Positions 40,658 through 49,582 of a stretch of DNA of 64,000 nucleotides are shown piece by piece (the stretch's first letter is position 1; each line of letters starts with the position of its first letter). Location: the IMG/VR virus record IMGVR_UViG_3300025502_000006; one strand, written 5' to 3'. The translations under genes and the position numbers were made by a program. This stretch comes from an uncultured virus (IMG/VR IMGVR_UViG_3300025502_000006). Taxonomy: Duplodnaviria > Heunggongvirae > Uroviricota > Caudoviricetes. The notes under the pieces are model-generated. The model was given only the letters and a program-made list of their open reading frames with translations, searched no databases and had not been told where the DNA came from.

Positions 40658-41431
40658 TCCTCTTCCTGGATTCGAACGTAACATAGCACCTACATAATTA
40701 ACATTCTGGTCTAGTTGAGTCGTGGCCCATAGACGATTAGCTAAATGAATGTTATATCCACTGTATTTTATGCCATTCAGTCTATCATCTTTATACGGAT
40801 TTAAATGTGTTACGAGTATACCGTAATGTTCTAACCCAGTTTCCCAGTTTCTAATCTTGTTTTCTTGTTCAATAAATCTCTGATGCACCCATTCAGGCGA
40901 TGCCCAGGTAGTCAAATCACCAAATAGTTTTAAATCGGTGCCAGGATAAATATCAGACTCTAATTTATGCACGGGAGTTGCCTCTAGTCCGATATTGCAA
41001 TAAAACCAGGTGTCTTCCCAGTCACCATCGTATGATTTAATATTCGGAAAACCAAAACATGTCCAGACAGAAACAGTTTGACCCGTCCGCAATAATATAT
41101 TCAGTCCTTCATCTGTCCTAGGGTCTCGCCAATGCAAGTTTTTTGGCCAATCCCCATGTGAGCTACGTATGGTCATTGAATTTTCATATTCATCTTTCCA
41201 TTTGTCTACGACTGTCTGGTAACGTTCTTTATATCCATCGTTATAAACAAATTGAATGTCAGGGTACATGGCACACAATTGATATGCATAATATATACTT
41301 CGTTTGCCGTGATGTGCCAAGTTGCCGTTGAAGATTACTAAATCAACGTCGGGTAATGCTAAGTCTGCAGGTTCTGTTGGTTCGTTAAAACCATAATAAA
41401 GATCATGTATTAGGTGTACTTTAAAGGACAT
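40616..41431 (-). CDS. divergent metallophosphoesterase-fold protein
   Basis: HLIHDL, DLVIFNGN, LVTH, SNPGRG; start placed at ATG 41431. Confidence 0.6.
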   Translation of the reverse strand: MSFKVHLIHDLYYGFNEPTEPADLALPDVDLVIFNGNLAHHGKRSIYYAYQLCAMYPDIQFVYNDGYKERYQTVVDKWKDEYENSMTIRSSHGDWPKNLHWRDPRTDEGLNILLRTGQTVSVWTCFGFPNIKSYDGDWEDTWFYCNIGLEATPVHKLESDIYPGTDLKLFGDLTTWASPEWVHQRFIEQENKIRNWETGLEHYGILVTHLNPYKDDRLNGIKYSGYNIHLANRLWATTQLDQNVNYVGAMLRSNPGRGSIARGKVLEVDIV

Positions 41432-41548
41432 GCTAATATTTAGTAACAATAAATACTGTTGTACAATTCTTTTACAGTTATTCTTTATTCCCAGCAAATA
41501 GTGATAAATACATAAAGTTAAGCATAACAAATTTTGGAGCCCTAACAC

Positions 41549-43330
41549 ATGAGTAAATTAAAAGTTACATTTGACAGTGATGCAGATGCATTAGCATTTG
41601 CAAATAAGTGGAAACTGTCTGACGTACCAGTCAGCAATTCATTAGATATTGATTGGCATTTAGCAGAGGATGCAGTCAAGGATCCTACTGTTATCACGCA
41701 CACACAATTAGATACTGATGAACACGAGTTCATCGTTGAAAGCACACTGTACAACCTCGAAGTGTTGGATGATTGTACTGTCGAAGAAGATTTGGGTAGC
41801 GGATTTTTTAGAGTTACATCTAAGTCTGGCCTGGTTTTAGCAAAAGCAGTTACAAGCATCGATGTTTCTGATACCCCATTAGCGTTTTTGGGCGTAAGTA
41901 GCATGACAGGGATGGATTCTGCTGATTCTGCAATCGATCCAACAAGTTCAGAAGGACAATGGGCCCGCATACGAGTAGCATCACATTATCGTCCATTGGC
42001 AACATCGTATGCAATGCATGATACAAATTACCTTTCAAAACCTGAATTATATATTATGGATACAGGTGTTGATTCACAACATGCCGAATTTCAAGGCGCA
42101 GATTTAGAAATGTCAACATTCTGGTGTATGCCAGGTGTTTGGGTAGCGGATGATCAAATGGGTCACGGTACTGGTGTAGCATCAATGGCAGTAGGCGCTA
42201 ACTTGGGTATCGCAGATAACGTAAAACTCAAAATAATTAAAATTCAAGGTAAAGCATCAGACAATGTAACATTAGCACCTGATGCGGCTACTGTTACTGC
42301 AACTATGACACAGCTAGGTGAAGCACTTGATTTGCTCGAACAAACAATCGTAGCAGACCCGTTAAAGACACGTATTCTTAATGTTTCTTGGGGTGTTTCA
42401 AGATCAGCATTCCTAGATCGTAAGTTCCAAGCATTAATAGATGCGGGTGTTACTATCATCGCGGCGGCGGGTAACAATGGCATTGACGTTGATTTAGTCA
42501 CTCCAGCTGGAATCAGTGGTTGTTTAACTGTTGGTGCAACTGACAAGTACGATATCCCAGCTGGATATAACAACATTTCACCAAGTGATTCAGGCCTTGC
42601 TACATCACCTGGCTTAAATTTAGATTTATTTGCTCCTGGTGATGAAGTTATGATAGCTCATCCGACTGGTAGTGCAAGTGCATATGGTATATCATCTGGT
42701 ACATCGTTTGCGGCTCCTCTTGTAGCAGGTGTTGCCGTTGTGATTGGTTCTATGAACGAGTCATTAGTAACAGCAAATGAAATGAAAAATATAGTTATGT
42801 CTACATCAACTAAAAATGCGTTGCTATTCGAAGACACAACCTTTAGTGCTAATCAAAACAATTTAGCATACATTTTTACTGCTGACCCAATGGCGTCTTA
42901 CAAAAATGCAGACATGGTATCATATCTAGGTGTTAGTTCTGAAGAGCCCTTAGTCATAGATTTAAACTCGAACATTGACATAGCCACGTGGAAAGAGATG
43001 TATCCCGATGATACGCCGGTGTATTCTCTCGCATTCATAGATGATGTGATTAAAGAAGAATACGAAGACTATGTATCTATTGACAGCGAGACTGGTATAG
43101 TTACAATTGAGTTGGCAACCGGTGTTGAGTTACCTAATGATACTAGGTTGGAAATGGTTGAATTTAGGGGAATTGCTACGACTAGTAGAGTAACAGTAAC
43201 ATCAAATACTATTTTTTACTTCCACAGCAACGCAGATCATAGTGACACATCGGAATCAGATGTTACATTAGCACTATCAGATGTCAACAGTATTAGTTTC
43301 TTTGCTTATTGGGCCAGGTTCTTAAAATAA
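41549..43330 (+). CDS. subtilisin-like S8 serine protease
   Basis: IMDTG (Asp), GHGT (His), AAGN (oxyanion Asn), GTSFAAP (Ser); no evident signal peptide. Confidence 0.95.
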   Translation: MSKLKVTFDSDADALAFANKWKLSDVPVSNSLDIDWHLAEDAVKDPTVITHTQLDTDEHEFIVESTLYNLEVLDDCTVEEDLGSGFFRVTSKSGLVLAKAVTSIDVSDTPLAFLGVSSMTGMDSADSAIDPTSSEGQWARIRVASHYRPLATSYAMHDTNYLSKPELYIMDTGVDSQHAEFQGADLEMSTFWCMPGVWVADDQMGHGTGVASMAVGANLGIADNVKLKIIKIQGKASDNVTLAPDAATVTATMTQLGEALDLLEQTIVADPLKTRILNVSWGVSRSAFLDRKFQALIDAGVTIIAAAGNNGIDVDLVTPAGISGCLTVGATDKYDIPAGYNNISPSDSGLATSPGLNLDLFAPGDEVMIAHPTGSASAYGISSGTSFAAPLVAGVAVVIGSMNESLVTANEMKNIVMSTSTKNALLFEDTTFSANQNNLAYIFTADPMASYKNADMVSYLGVSSEEPLVIDLNSNIDIATWKEMYPDDTPVYSLAFIDDVIKEEYEDYVSIDSETGIVTIELATGVELPNDTRLEMVEFRGIATTSRVTVTSNTIFYFHSNADHSDTSESDVTLALSDVNSISFFAYWARFLK

Positions 43331-43363
43331 AAGAACGTTGGTAGTCTGTTAATAAATAGAGTA

Positions 43364-44149
43364 GTGAACGTAGATCATTACTTGGATAACAAACCAAATA
43401 AACATTATATAGGGACTCAACAACCATTGAGTCTTTATACTTATTCAGATGTGTTTCCTCCGACAGTCTACCAACAGATCAAGGATGCGATAATCTCGCA
43501 CCTAACCACAAACAACAAATTAACCTACAAGACACACCGATCATCTTTCACACACAATGATAGACGTTTGCACATTGTATCTCATAAACAAAATGGTAGA
43601 CAACAAGAAGTTATATACGATCTTACCTTTGAAAGGGATTGGTGGTACCAGACATCTGATACTATCCATGCATGGACATGGGCTACCTTGCAAAATAGTA
43701 TTCATCCGTTGTTCTTTCATGTACTCACAACATTTAACAACGAATCACCATTCTTAGCTGATCCTGAATGTTGGGTGCCGTATAGGTGGCACATCAATTA
43801 CATGGAGTATACCGAATATCTGCAGGTACACGGTGACATGAATCCTCAGTATTTTAACACGCCCACAAGTCAAGATGCAAGAGCAAGAACAACAACCTTT
43901 TATTTACATGATCATGTAGAAGGCCATGGAGGTGAGTTTTACACGATGGGTGGCTATGTTTATAAGCCCAAGCAGAATGAAGCAATATCAATTAACGGTA
44001 ACGCATGTTATCATGGTGTTAATTCCAATATGGACCCCGATAAAGAACCACGTCTAGCATTCTCTATACGTTGGGCACATAAAGATGATTTGTATTTACC
44101 AGGACATCCTGATAAAGCAATGTATACTATAGACTTTCCGGAGAAGTAA
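43364..44149 (+). CDS. 2OG-Fe(II) oxygenase (prolyl-hydroxylase-like)
   Basis: HGD...YL...GGE...HGV...R. Confidence 0.85.
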   Translation: MNVDHYLDNKPNKHYIGTQQPLSLYTYSDVFPPTVYQQIKDAIISHLTTNNKLTYKTHRSSFTHNDRRLHIVSHKQNGRQQEVIYDLTFERDWWYQTSDTIHAWTWATLQNSIHPLFFHVLTTFNNESPFLADPECWVPYRWHINYMEYTEYLQVHGDMNPQYFNTPTSQDARARTTTFYLHDHVEGHGGEFYTMGGYVYKPKQNEAISINGNACYHGVNSNMDPDKEPRLAFSIRWAHKDDLYLPGHPDKAMYTIDFPEK

Positions 44150-44718
44150 TGCACATTATTAAAAAGATAACATGGGAAGAAATTTTACCAGTCTGGAGGG
44201 ATCATCTATGGATAGAAAGAAAATCAGTCATAGAATCAACCAGTGCCATGTGTCTGTTCCTAGGACGGAGAACACAAGAACACTATCCACATCAATGGGA
44301 AAGTTTTCCAGCATATGACTTGAAAAACATGGAGTATCTTCCTACATTCTGGGGCGTGTTTAAAGATGACACTTTAATCGGAGTTAATTCGGGTCATATG
44401 TGTATGGATAAACTGTACAGATCACGTGGCCTGTATGTGTTTCCAGAATATAGAGGTTGTGGACTTGGCACCAAGTTGTTAACAAAAACAATTGCACAAG
44501 GAGTACACGAAGGTGCCATCGCAACATGGAGTTATCCAAAACGTGACAGCCACCATACGTATGTAAATACAGGTTTTTATCCGATCGGTCACAGTTGGGA
44601 TTCAGGCTGGGAGGACGGAGAGACTGGCATGAACATGAGAGTGGTGTTCGTTTTTAACAGAACAGAACTTAATCTTCTGGAAGAAAAACTTTCTAAACAA
44701 TGGTCTAATCCTGACTAA
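44149..44718 (+). CDS. GNAT acetyltransferase
   Basis: LYVFPEYRGCGLGTKLL acetyl-CoA motif, Y..TGF. Confidence 0.9.
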   Translation: MHIIKKITWEEILPVWRDHLWIERKSVIESTSAMCLFLGRRTQEHYPHQWESFPAYDLKNMEYLPTFWGVFKDDTLIGVNSGHMCMDKLYRSRGLYVFPEYRGCGLGTKLLTKTIAQGVHEGAIATWSYPKRDSHHTYVNTGFYPIGHSWDSGWEDGETGMNMRVVFVFNRTELNLLEEKLSKQWSNPD

Positions 44719-44731
44719 TTTTATGACAAAA

Positions 44732-44755
44732 AAAAAGCACTGTACAGTGCTTTTT
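44732..44755. terminator. bidirectional intrinsic terminator
   Basis: aaaaagcactgtacagtgcttttt palindrome between convergent genes. Confidence 0.75.
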
Positions 44756-44770
44756 AAGATAGGTCTATTT

Positions 44771-44914
44771 TTACTTTCGATGTTTATTGTTGGAAGTGTC
44801 CTCGCGAGGAGTCACATTACTGCCTGATCCAGATTTACCATCTTTTCTTTTTTTCACAACGTAATATACAACTCCGCTGATAAGAGCTATTGCTATAAAT
44901 ATTTGAAAATCCAT
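44771..44914 (-). CDS. 47-aa membrane-anchored peptide (not in ORF track)
   Basis: AAGGAGG SD; MDFQIFIAIALISGVVYYVVKKRKDGK...; GATAAATA at 44964-44971. Confidence 0.75.
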   Translation of the reverse strand: MDFQIFIAIALISGVVYYVVKKRKDGKSGSGSNVTPREDTSNNKHRK

Positions 44915-44989
44915 TATATTTCCTCCTTGGTCTTTTCACACAGAAAATTAATCTCTGTATTAATATTTATCGTTTATTAATTTTTTGTG

Positions 44990-45715
44990 TTACCGAGTGT
45001 CCACAAATGCCTTTTCTATTACAAATTCGCCTCTTGCTCTATTCGAACCCTCAGTCATGCCCATCTCGTTGCACCATTCAACTACCGCATAATTAAATTG
45101 AAGATTGCCACATGCCATTACCCTGTCATCTTCTTTTAAGAATCTAGCGTCAATTCGAGCATCACCTTCTCCAGTAACTATCGCAGTGTATTCAAGTTTG
45201 TCTTTGAGATAATCATATATATCTGGCTCAGTATATTGGTATGCCTCAGTAAGTTCGTCATAGTAGGCCAAGTCTTTGCGGTCTCTAACACTATGAACTA
45301 AATGTATGTGGTCGAATCGTTCCATGATGGCTAAGTCATTGATAGTGGATATGAACGGAGCAAGGCCTGTACCAGTTGCTAATAATAATAATCGCTTACC
45401 ACCATCACTAAGAAAGTCATTGCGCAAAGTGCCTGTGCATTTTGGTAAAAGTAATAACTCATCACCGAATTCTACCTTTGATAATTCGTTCGTTAACGGA
45501 CCAACGTTCTTAATGCTCAAGAATTCTAGGTAGTCAGCCCATGGTGGACTAACAATACTATATGCTCTGATAACGTTCCGTTTGTATTTTTCACTGTAGA
45601 GTCCGATCATTGCGAACTCACCAGAATTGAATCTGAACGTATCGCTTCTTGTTGTTCTAATACTACAAGTGCGATCTGACCAGTGTGTTACTTTAGTGAT
45701 TCTTTCTTTTAACAT
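44990..45715 (-). CDS. fpr: ferredoxin/flavodoxin-NADP+ reductase
   Basis: RAYSI, GPLT, TGTGLAPF, CGN, EKAFV. Confidence 0.92.
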   Translation of the reverse strand: MLKERITKVTHWSDRTCSIRTTRSDTFRFNSGEFAMIGLYSEKYKRNVIRAYSIVSPPWADYLEFLSIKNVGPLTNELSKVEFGDELLLLPKCTGTLRNDFLSDGGKRLLLLATGTGLAPFISTINDLAIMERFDHIHLVHSVRDRKDLAYYDELTEAYQYTEPDIYDYLKDKLEYTAIVTGEGDARIDARFLKEDDRVMACGNLQFNYAVVEWCNEMGMTEGSNRARGEFVIEKAFVDTR

Positions 45716-45731
45716 CTATTTTTTCCATGCA

Positions 45732-45817
45732 TGGTACTCGGAGCGAGATTCGAACTCGCAAGCCCGTTAAGGCGGGAGATTTTAAGTCTCCTGTGTATAC
45801 CCTTCCACCACCCGAGC
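45732..45817 (-). tRNA. tRNA-Leu (anticodon UAA)
   Basis: GCTCGGG acceptor stem, GGAGA-CTTAAAA-TCTCC anticodon arm, long variable arm, GTTCGAATC, encoded CCA. Confidence 0.96.
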
Positions 45818-45827
45818 AAAATTCGTA

Positions 45828-46055
45828 CTATTGGTCCGTCTCCTTAGACGGGACTTCCCAGTGCATCTGTTTTTCAATAGCATACCGTGATCCTTGGATA
45901 TAGTCTCTGTCTTCTTCACTTAATATTTCCCATGCAAAACTCAGTTTATCATCAATCAAAGTGGTACATTCGTCTGGGTCTACTAAGTGATGATTGCTTT
46001 CCATCCATGCTTGTAGTTGATCCATTCTGCCGTTTAACTTTTCTCTTAAATTCAT
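45828..46055 (-). CDS. hypothetical protein
   Basis: 75 aa, AAGGA SD, promoter TTGACT-N17-TATACT at 46095-46123. Confidence 0.75.
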   Translation of the reverse strand: MNLREKLNGRMDQLQAWMESNHHLVDPDECTTLIDDKLSFAWEILSEEDRDYIQGSRYAIEKQMHWEVPSKETDQ

Positions 46056-46207
46056 AGACTATCCTTATATGAAGGAAGGTCTCTCTAGTACGTTAGTATA
46101 CAACTAGCAGTATGTAAAGTCAACCTTCCTCTTCCATTTATATTTAGAGTTATTATAACATGTTATTTTTTTTTATCAACAACCTATTTATCCAATTAAA
46201 TACTATT

Positions 46208-46759
46208 ATGGATACAACGTCATTCTCGCACGGACAAACACAAAGTAAACTTTGGTTGTGTGAAAAGCTAGAACCACTTCTACCAGATAACGCAGTTGTT
46301 GCTGTATTGGGATGCTGGTACAATGTGCTTGGTTTTATGTTATTGACTAGATGCAAAAGCAAGTATCAACACATATTAGGGATAGATATTTCGCCGGAAG
46401 CGATTGCAGGGGCAGACAAGATATGTCAAGGCTTTATGATCGGAGATGATGCGCGACTCCGAAACGATTGTGCTGATGCAGGAACCGTTAACTTGCAAGG
46501 ACAGCAAGTGGTCATCAATTGCAGTGCCGAACATATGACTGATGATTGGTTTGGTAACGTCGATCCATCAACACTGGTGTGCATCCAAACTAGCAACGTG
46601 AACGAGCCGGAAGCACCCTGGCTCGTTACCAATCCTGTTACGACACTTGATGACTTTGCAAAAAGATTCCCAATGAGTCGAACGATGTTATTAGAAAAAA
46701 TACACTTTGATTATGGAAGTTTCTCCTATGACAGGTATATGCTAATCGGTCGAAAGTAA
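46208..46759 (+). CDS. class I SAM-dependent methyltransferase-like protein
   Basis: SKLWL, VLGCWYN, GIDI, INCSAEH, RYMLIGRK; start at ATG 46208. Confidence 0.75.
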   Translation: MDTTSFSHGQTQSKLWLCEKLEPLLPDNAVVAVLGCWYNVLGFMLLTRCKSKYQHILGIDISPEAIAGADKICQGFMIGDDARLRNDCADAGTVNLQGQQVVINCSAEHMTDDWFGNVDPSTLVCIQTSNVNEPEAPWLVTNPVTTLDDFAKRFPMSRTMLLEKIHFDYGSFSYDRYMLIGRK

Positions 46760-47901
46760 TGTATTTGTACCCAGACATTAGAACTGTTCATTTAGAGATT
46801 ACTGAAAAATGCAATGCCGCTTGTCCGATGTGTGCTAGAAATATCAATGGAGGAGAAGACAATCCATGGCTTAAGAATGCTGAACTATCGTTGTCAGATA
46901 TACAAACTATCTTTCCAGATGATTTTATCAAACAATTAAATCATATGTTTATGTGCGGTAACTATGGTGATCCTATCGTAGCAAAAGACACATTAAAAAC
47001 TATGAAGCATTTTAGAAGTATCAATCCAAATATCTTTTTAAGCATGAATACAAATGCATCTGCTAGAACAAAAGACTGGTGGAAGGACTTGGCGTCTACT
47101 ATAGGAAGCCATGGATACGTTGTGTTTAGCATCGATGGATTAGAAGACACCAACCATCTTTATCGCAAGAACACAATTTGGAAGAAAATCATGGATAATG
47201 CTAGGGCCTTTATAGAGGCTGGCGGCATTGCACGTTGGGAATACATTGTTTTTGCACACAACGAGCATCAAGTGGAGGAAGCAAGAGCATTATCTGAGTA
47301 TCTAGGCTTTGCTGAATTCCAAGTTAAAACATCTTCTAGGTTCTTTTCTAGTGTCTCGGGAACTACTAAATCATATATCAAAACTATCGACAGGCATGGC
47401 TCTGAAATAGATATCAGACCGCCCAGAGGCGCATCCTACGAGAACTTATCGACTAAAAAGATGTCGAGTATGACCGAAGAAAAGGACATGATTTTTCCAA
47501 CGAAAAAGGTAGATTTATTAGGGAAATTAAACCCAGAATTATTTGATCCTAGGTCTAAAGTTCAGCACCACTATGACACAACTACAATCAAATGTAAAGT
47601 TAAAGAAGAAAAAAGTATATACGTCAGTGCTGAAGGGATACTGCAACCTTGTTGTTGGGTCGCTGGACAAATGTACAATTGGTATCATACCCCAAAAGGG
47701 AGCCAGATTTGGAAATACATCAACGCCGTAGGGAAAACCAACATCAGTGCATTGAATTATACAATAGAAGAAATTTTAGAAAATAACTATTTTGAATCGA
47801 TAGAAAATAGTTGGAATAAGCCTAGTTGTAACGAAGGAAAGTTGCAAGTGTGTGCAAAGACATGCGGTACAAATGATGCTTTCACACAACAATACCTATA
47901 A
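46759..47901 (+). CDS. radical SAM protein with C-terminal Twitch/SPASM-like cysteines
   Basis: CNAACPMC, GNYGDP, TN, SIDG; KCK...PCCW...CAKTC. Confidence 0.93.
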   Translation: MYLYPDIRTVHLEITEKCNAACPMCARNINGGEDNPWLKNAELSLSDIQTIFPDDFIKQLNHMFMCGNYGDPIVAKDTLKTMKHFRSINPNIFLSMNTNASARTKDWWKDLASTIGSHGYVVFSIDGLEDTNHLYRKNTIWKKIMDNARAFIEAGGIARWEYIVFAHNEHQVEEARALSEYLGFAEFQVKTSSRFFSSVSGTTKSYIKTIDRHGSEIDIRPPRGASYENLSTKKMSSMTEEKDMIFPTKKVDLLGKLNPELFDPRSKVQHHYDTTTIKCKVKEEKSIYVSAEGILQPCCWVAGQMYNWYHTPKGSQIWKYINAVGKTNISALNYTIEEILENNYFESIENSWNKPSCNEGKLQVCAKTCGTNDAFTQQYL

Positions 47902-47946
47902 TATAAGCAGGCTGGCATATATAGTACATAAGGAGAAAAATACAAT

Positions 47947-48066
47947 ATGCTAGAAGTGTTACGTAAAAAATACAAGAAATTTAATAAAATAATGAAAAGT
48001 GGGAGACTCCACAAAGTTTGGAAAAATTCAATCTTACCAAAGAAAACAGTTATACCATCTAACTAA
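47947..48066 (+). CDS. 39-aa basic peptide (not in ORF track)
   Basis: AAGGAG SD; MLEVLRKKYKKFNKIMKSGRLHKVWKNSILPKKTVIPSN. Confidence 0.55.
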   Translation: MLEVLRKKYKKFNKIMKSGRLHKVWKNSILPKKTVIPSN

Positions 48067-48994
48067 GATTTATCACAGTGTCACTGATTTTACTACAAAA
48101 ATAATCAGATACCATTTGATTGGACATTTTACTCATATGTCTATAGTCTCGATTGCGATAAAAATATGATTTACACTTAGGTGTTATCAATTTTAAAAAG
48201 AAATATCCATCCACATCACTTAACAAATTACCGATTTCGTTATGTACAGCCAACTGTTGATAGATAGCGTCCAATGATGGCCATTTAGATGTGGACATCA
48301 TTATATAATCTGGGGTGAGTAAAAACATAAAAATGTCATATGGTATTTCTGAAAAGTTAAGGTTTATATCCTTTATATAGTCGTGTGCATCTGGAAAATG
48401 CCGAAATAAAATGTCTGATTGATTCTTCTCCCAGCACCATGGTGGAATAAATGCTATCTCAGACCCATGTGGCCATTCATAGGATTTAAGAATGTGTATT
48501 TTTTGTTCAGTTGTGTTAGCGTCCGCAAGTTGGTCTGCTGTCGCACCACCATGTAAATTAAACAAACAAAACGTATGTTGTACGTCAAAATATTTTCGCA
48601 TCTTCTCTACGATCAGGTGATACGAATCGGGTCCTAGTCCGTCTACTCCCCCATTCAGAACTGGTAGTTTAACTTTTTTTTGTAACAAACTAGGCCAGCT
48701 ATGTTCTAACGGACCACCAACATTCATTGTAAAACTGTCACCAATAGCTAATATGATTTTTGCTTTCTTACCGTCTTGGTTTAAGTCTTCATAGTTGTAG
48801 TCCGCACGAAATCCCCATGAGTTAAATGTATAGTCAAAATCTTGGACAGGGTATAGTTTCATATACGCACTATAGAAAGGCAGTTGCCTGAACATCAGAT
48901 CAGATGCACAATGAGTTACCGTTTTGTTTCTATATTTTAATAATTGACGCCAGAGTTTTTTTGGTAGGCCAAAGCCCGCGGGAGTCATATCCAT
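48059..48994 (-). CDS. SGNH hydrolase-like protein
   Basis: NSWGFR, IGDSFT, NGGVDG, RDYRH. Confidence 0.75.
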   Translation of the reverse strand: MDMTPAGFGLPKKLWRQLLKYRNKTVTHCASDLMFRQLPFYSAYMKLYPVQDFDYTFNSWGFRADYNYEDLNQDGKKAKIILAIGDSFTMNVGGPLEHSWPSLLQKKVKLPVLNGGVDGLGPDSYHLIVEKMRKYFDVQHTFCLFNLHGGATADQLADANTTEQKIHILKSYEWPHGSEIAFIPPWCWEKNQSDILFRHFPDAHDYIKDINLNFSEIPYDIFMFLLTPDYIMMSTSKWPSLDAIYQQLAVHNEIGNLLSDVDGYFFLKLITPKCKSYFYRNRDYRHMSKMSNQMVSDYFCSKISDTVINLS

Positions 48995-49017
48995 TTATAC
49001 TTTTTTTTCCGGGGTAT

Positions 49018-49188
49018 CTACTTCGGTTTTCGTAATTTCAGGAGGGTCATTATCTGGTGTCTCTGAAGGGTGCTGTAAGAGAGCCAACCTGCGATTTCGT
49101 TGGAGGTTCTTTTGCAACCTAAGCACATTCCTTCTGCTGTCATTTGACATTGTTTAATGCAGGGTGATTCAATCTTCGGACCTTTCGT
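49018..49188 (-). CDS. DUF1289-like Cys-rich (putative Fe-S) protein lacking a canonical start
   Basis: Manual translation IESPCIKQCQMTAEGMCLGCKRTSNEIAGW; only ACG/ATT/ATA/ATC codons available upstream of the Cys motif. Confidence 0.7.
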   Translation of the reverse strand, partial: TKGPKIESPCIKQCQMTAEGMCLGCKRTSNEIAGWLSYSTLQRHQIMTLLKLRKPK

Positions 49189-49561
49189 GTTTTTTCCGAT
49201 AATTATTTACTGCTGTTTTAATCGCATCTTCTGCTAAGACCGAACAATGGATCTTGACTGGCGGGAGTGCGAGTTCTTGTGCGATTTGAGTGTTTCTAAT
49301 TGCTTCTGCTTGGTCGATGTGCTGTCCTTTGACCCATTCTGTGAGGAGACTACTTGATGCAATTGCAGACCCGCACCCGTACGTTTTAAACTTAGCATCT
49401 TCTATGACTCCATCGTCGTTAACTCTTATTTGTAATCGCATTACGTCTCCGCATGCTGGTGCGCCCACCATCCCAGTACCTACGTTATTGTCAGCATCAT
49501 CCATCGTACCGACATTGCGAGGATTTTCATAATGATCTAATAATTTTTCACTGTAAGCCAT
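49169..49561 (-). CDS. iscU: Fe-S cluster scaffold IscU
   Basis: DHYENPRNVG, GAPACGD, GCGSA, LPPVKIHCS. Confidence 0.98.
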   Translation of the reverse strand: MAYSEKLLDHYENPRNVGTMDDADNNVGTGMVGAPACGDVMRLQIRVNDDGVIEDAKFKTYGCGSAIASSSLLTEWVKGQHIDQAEAIRNTQIAQELALPPVKIHCSVLAEDAIKTAVNNYRKKHERSED

Positions 49562-49582
49562 AATTAACTCCTTTGTATTATA

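Noticed and set aside
48995..49150. ATG-initiated ORF MSNDSRRNV... downstream of iscU
   Set aside because: No recognisable motif; the overlapping frame carries the DUF1289-like Cys pattern.
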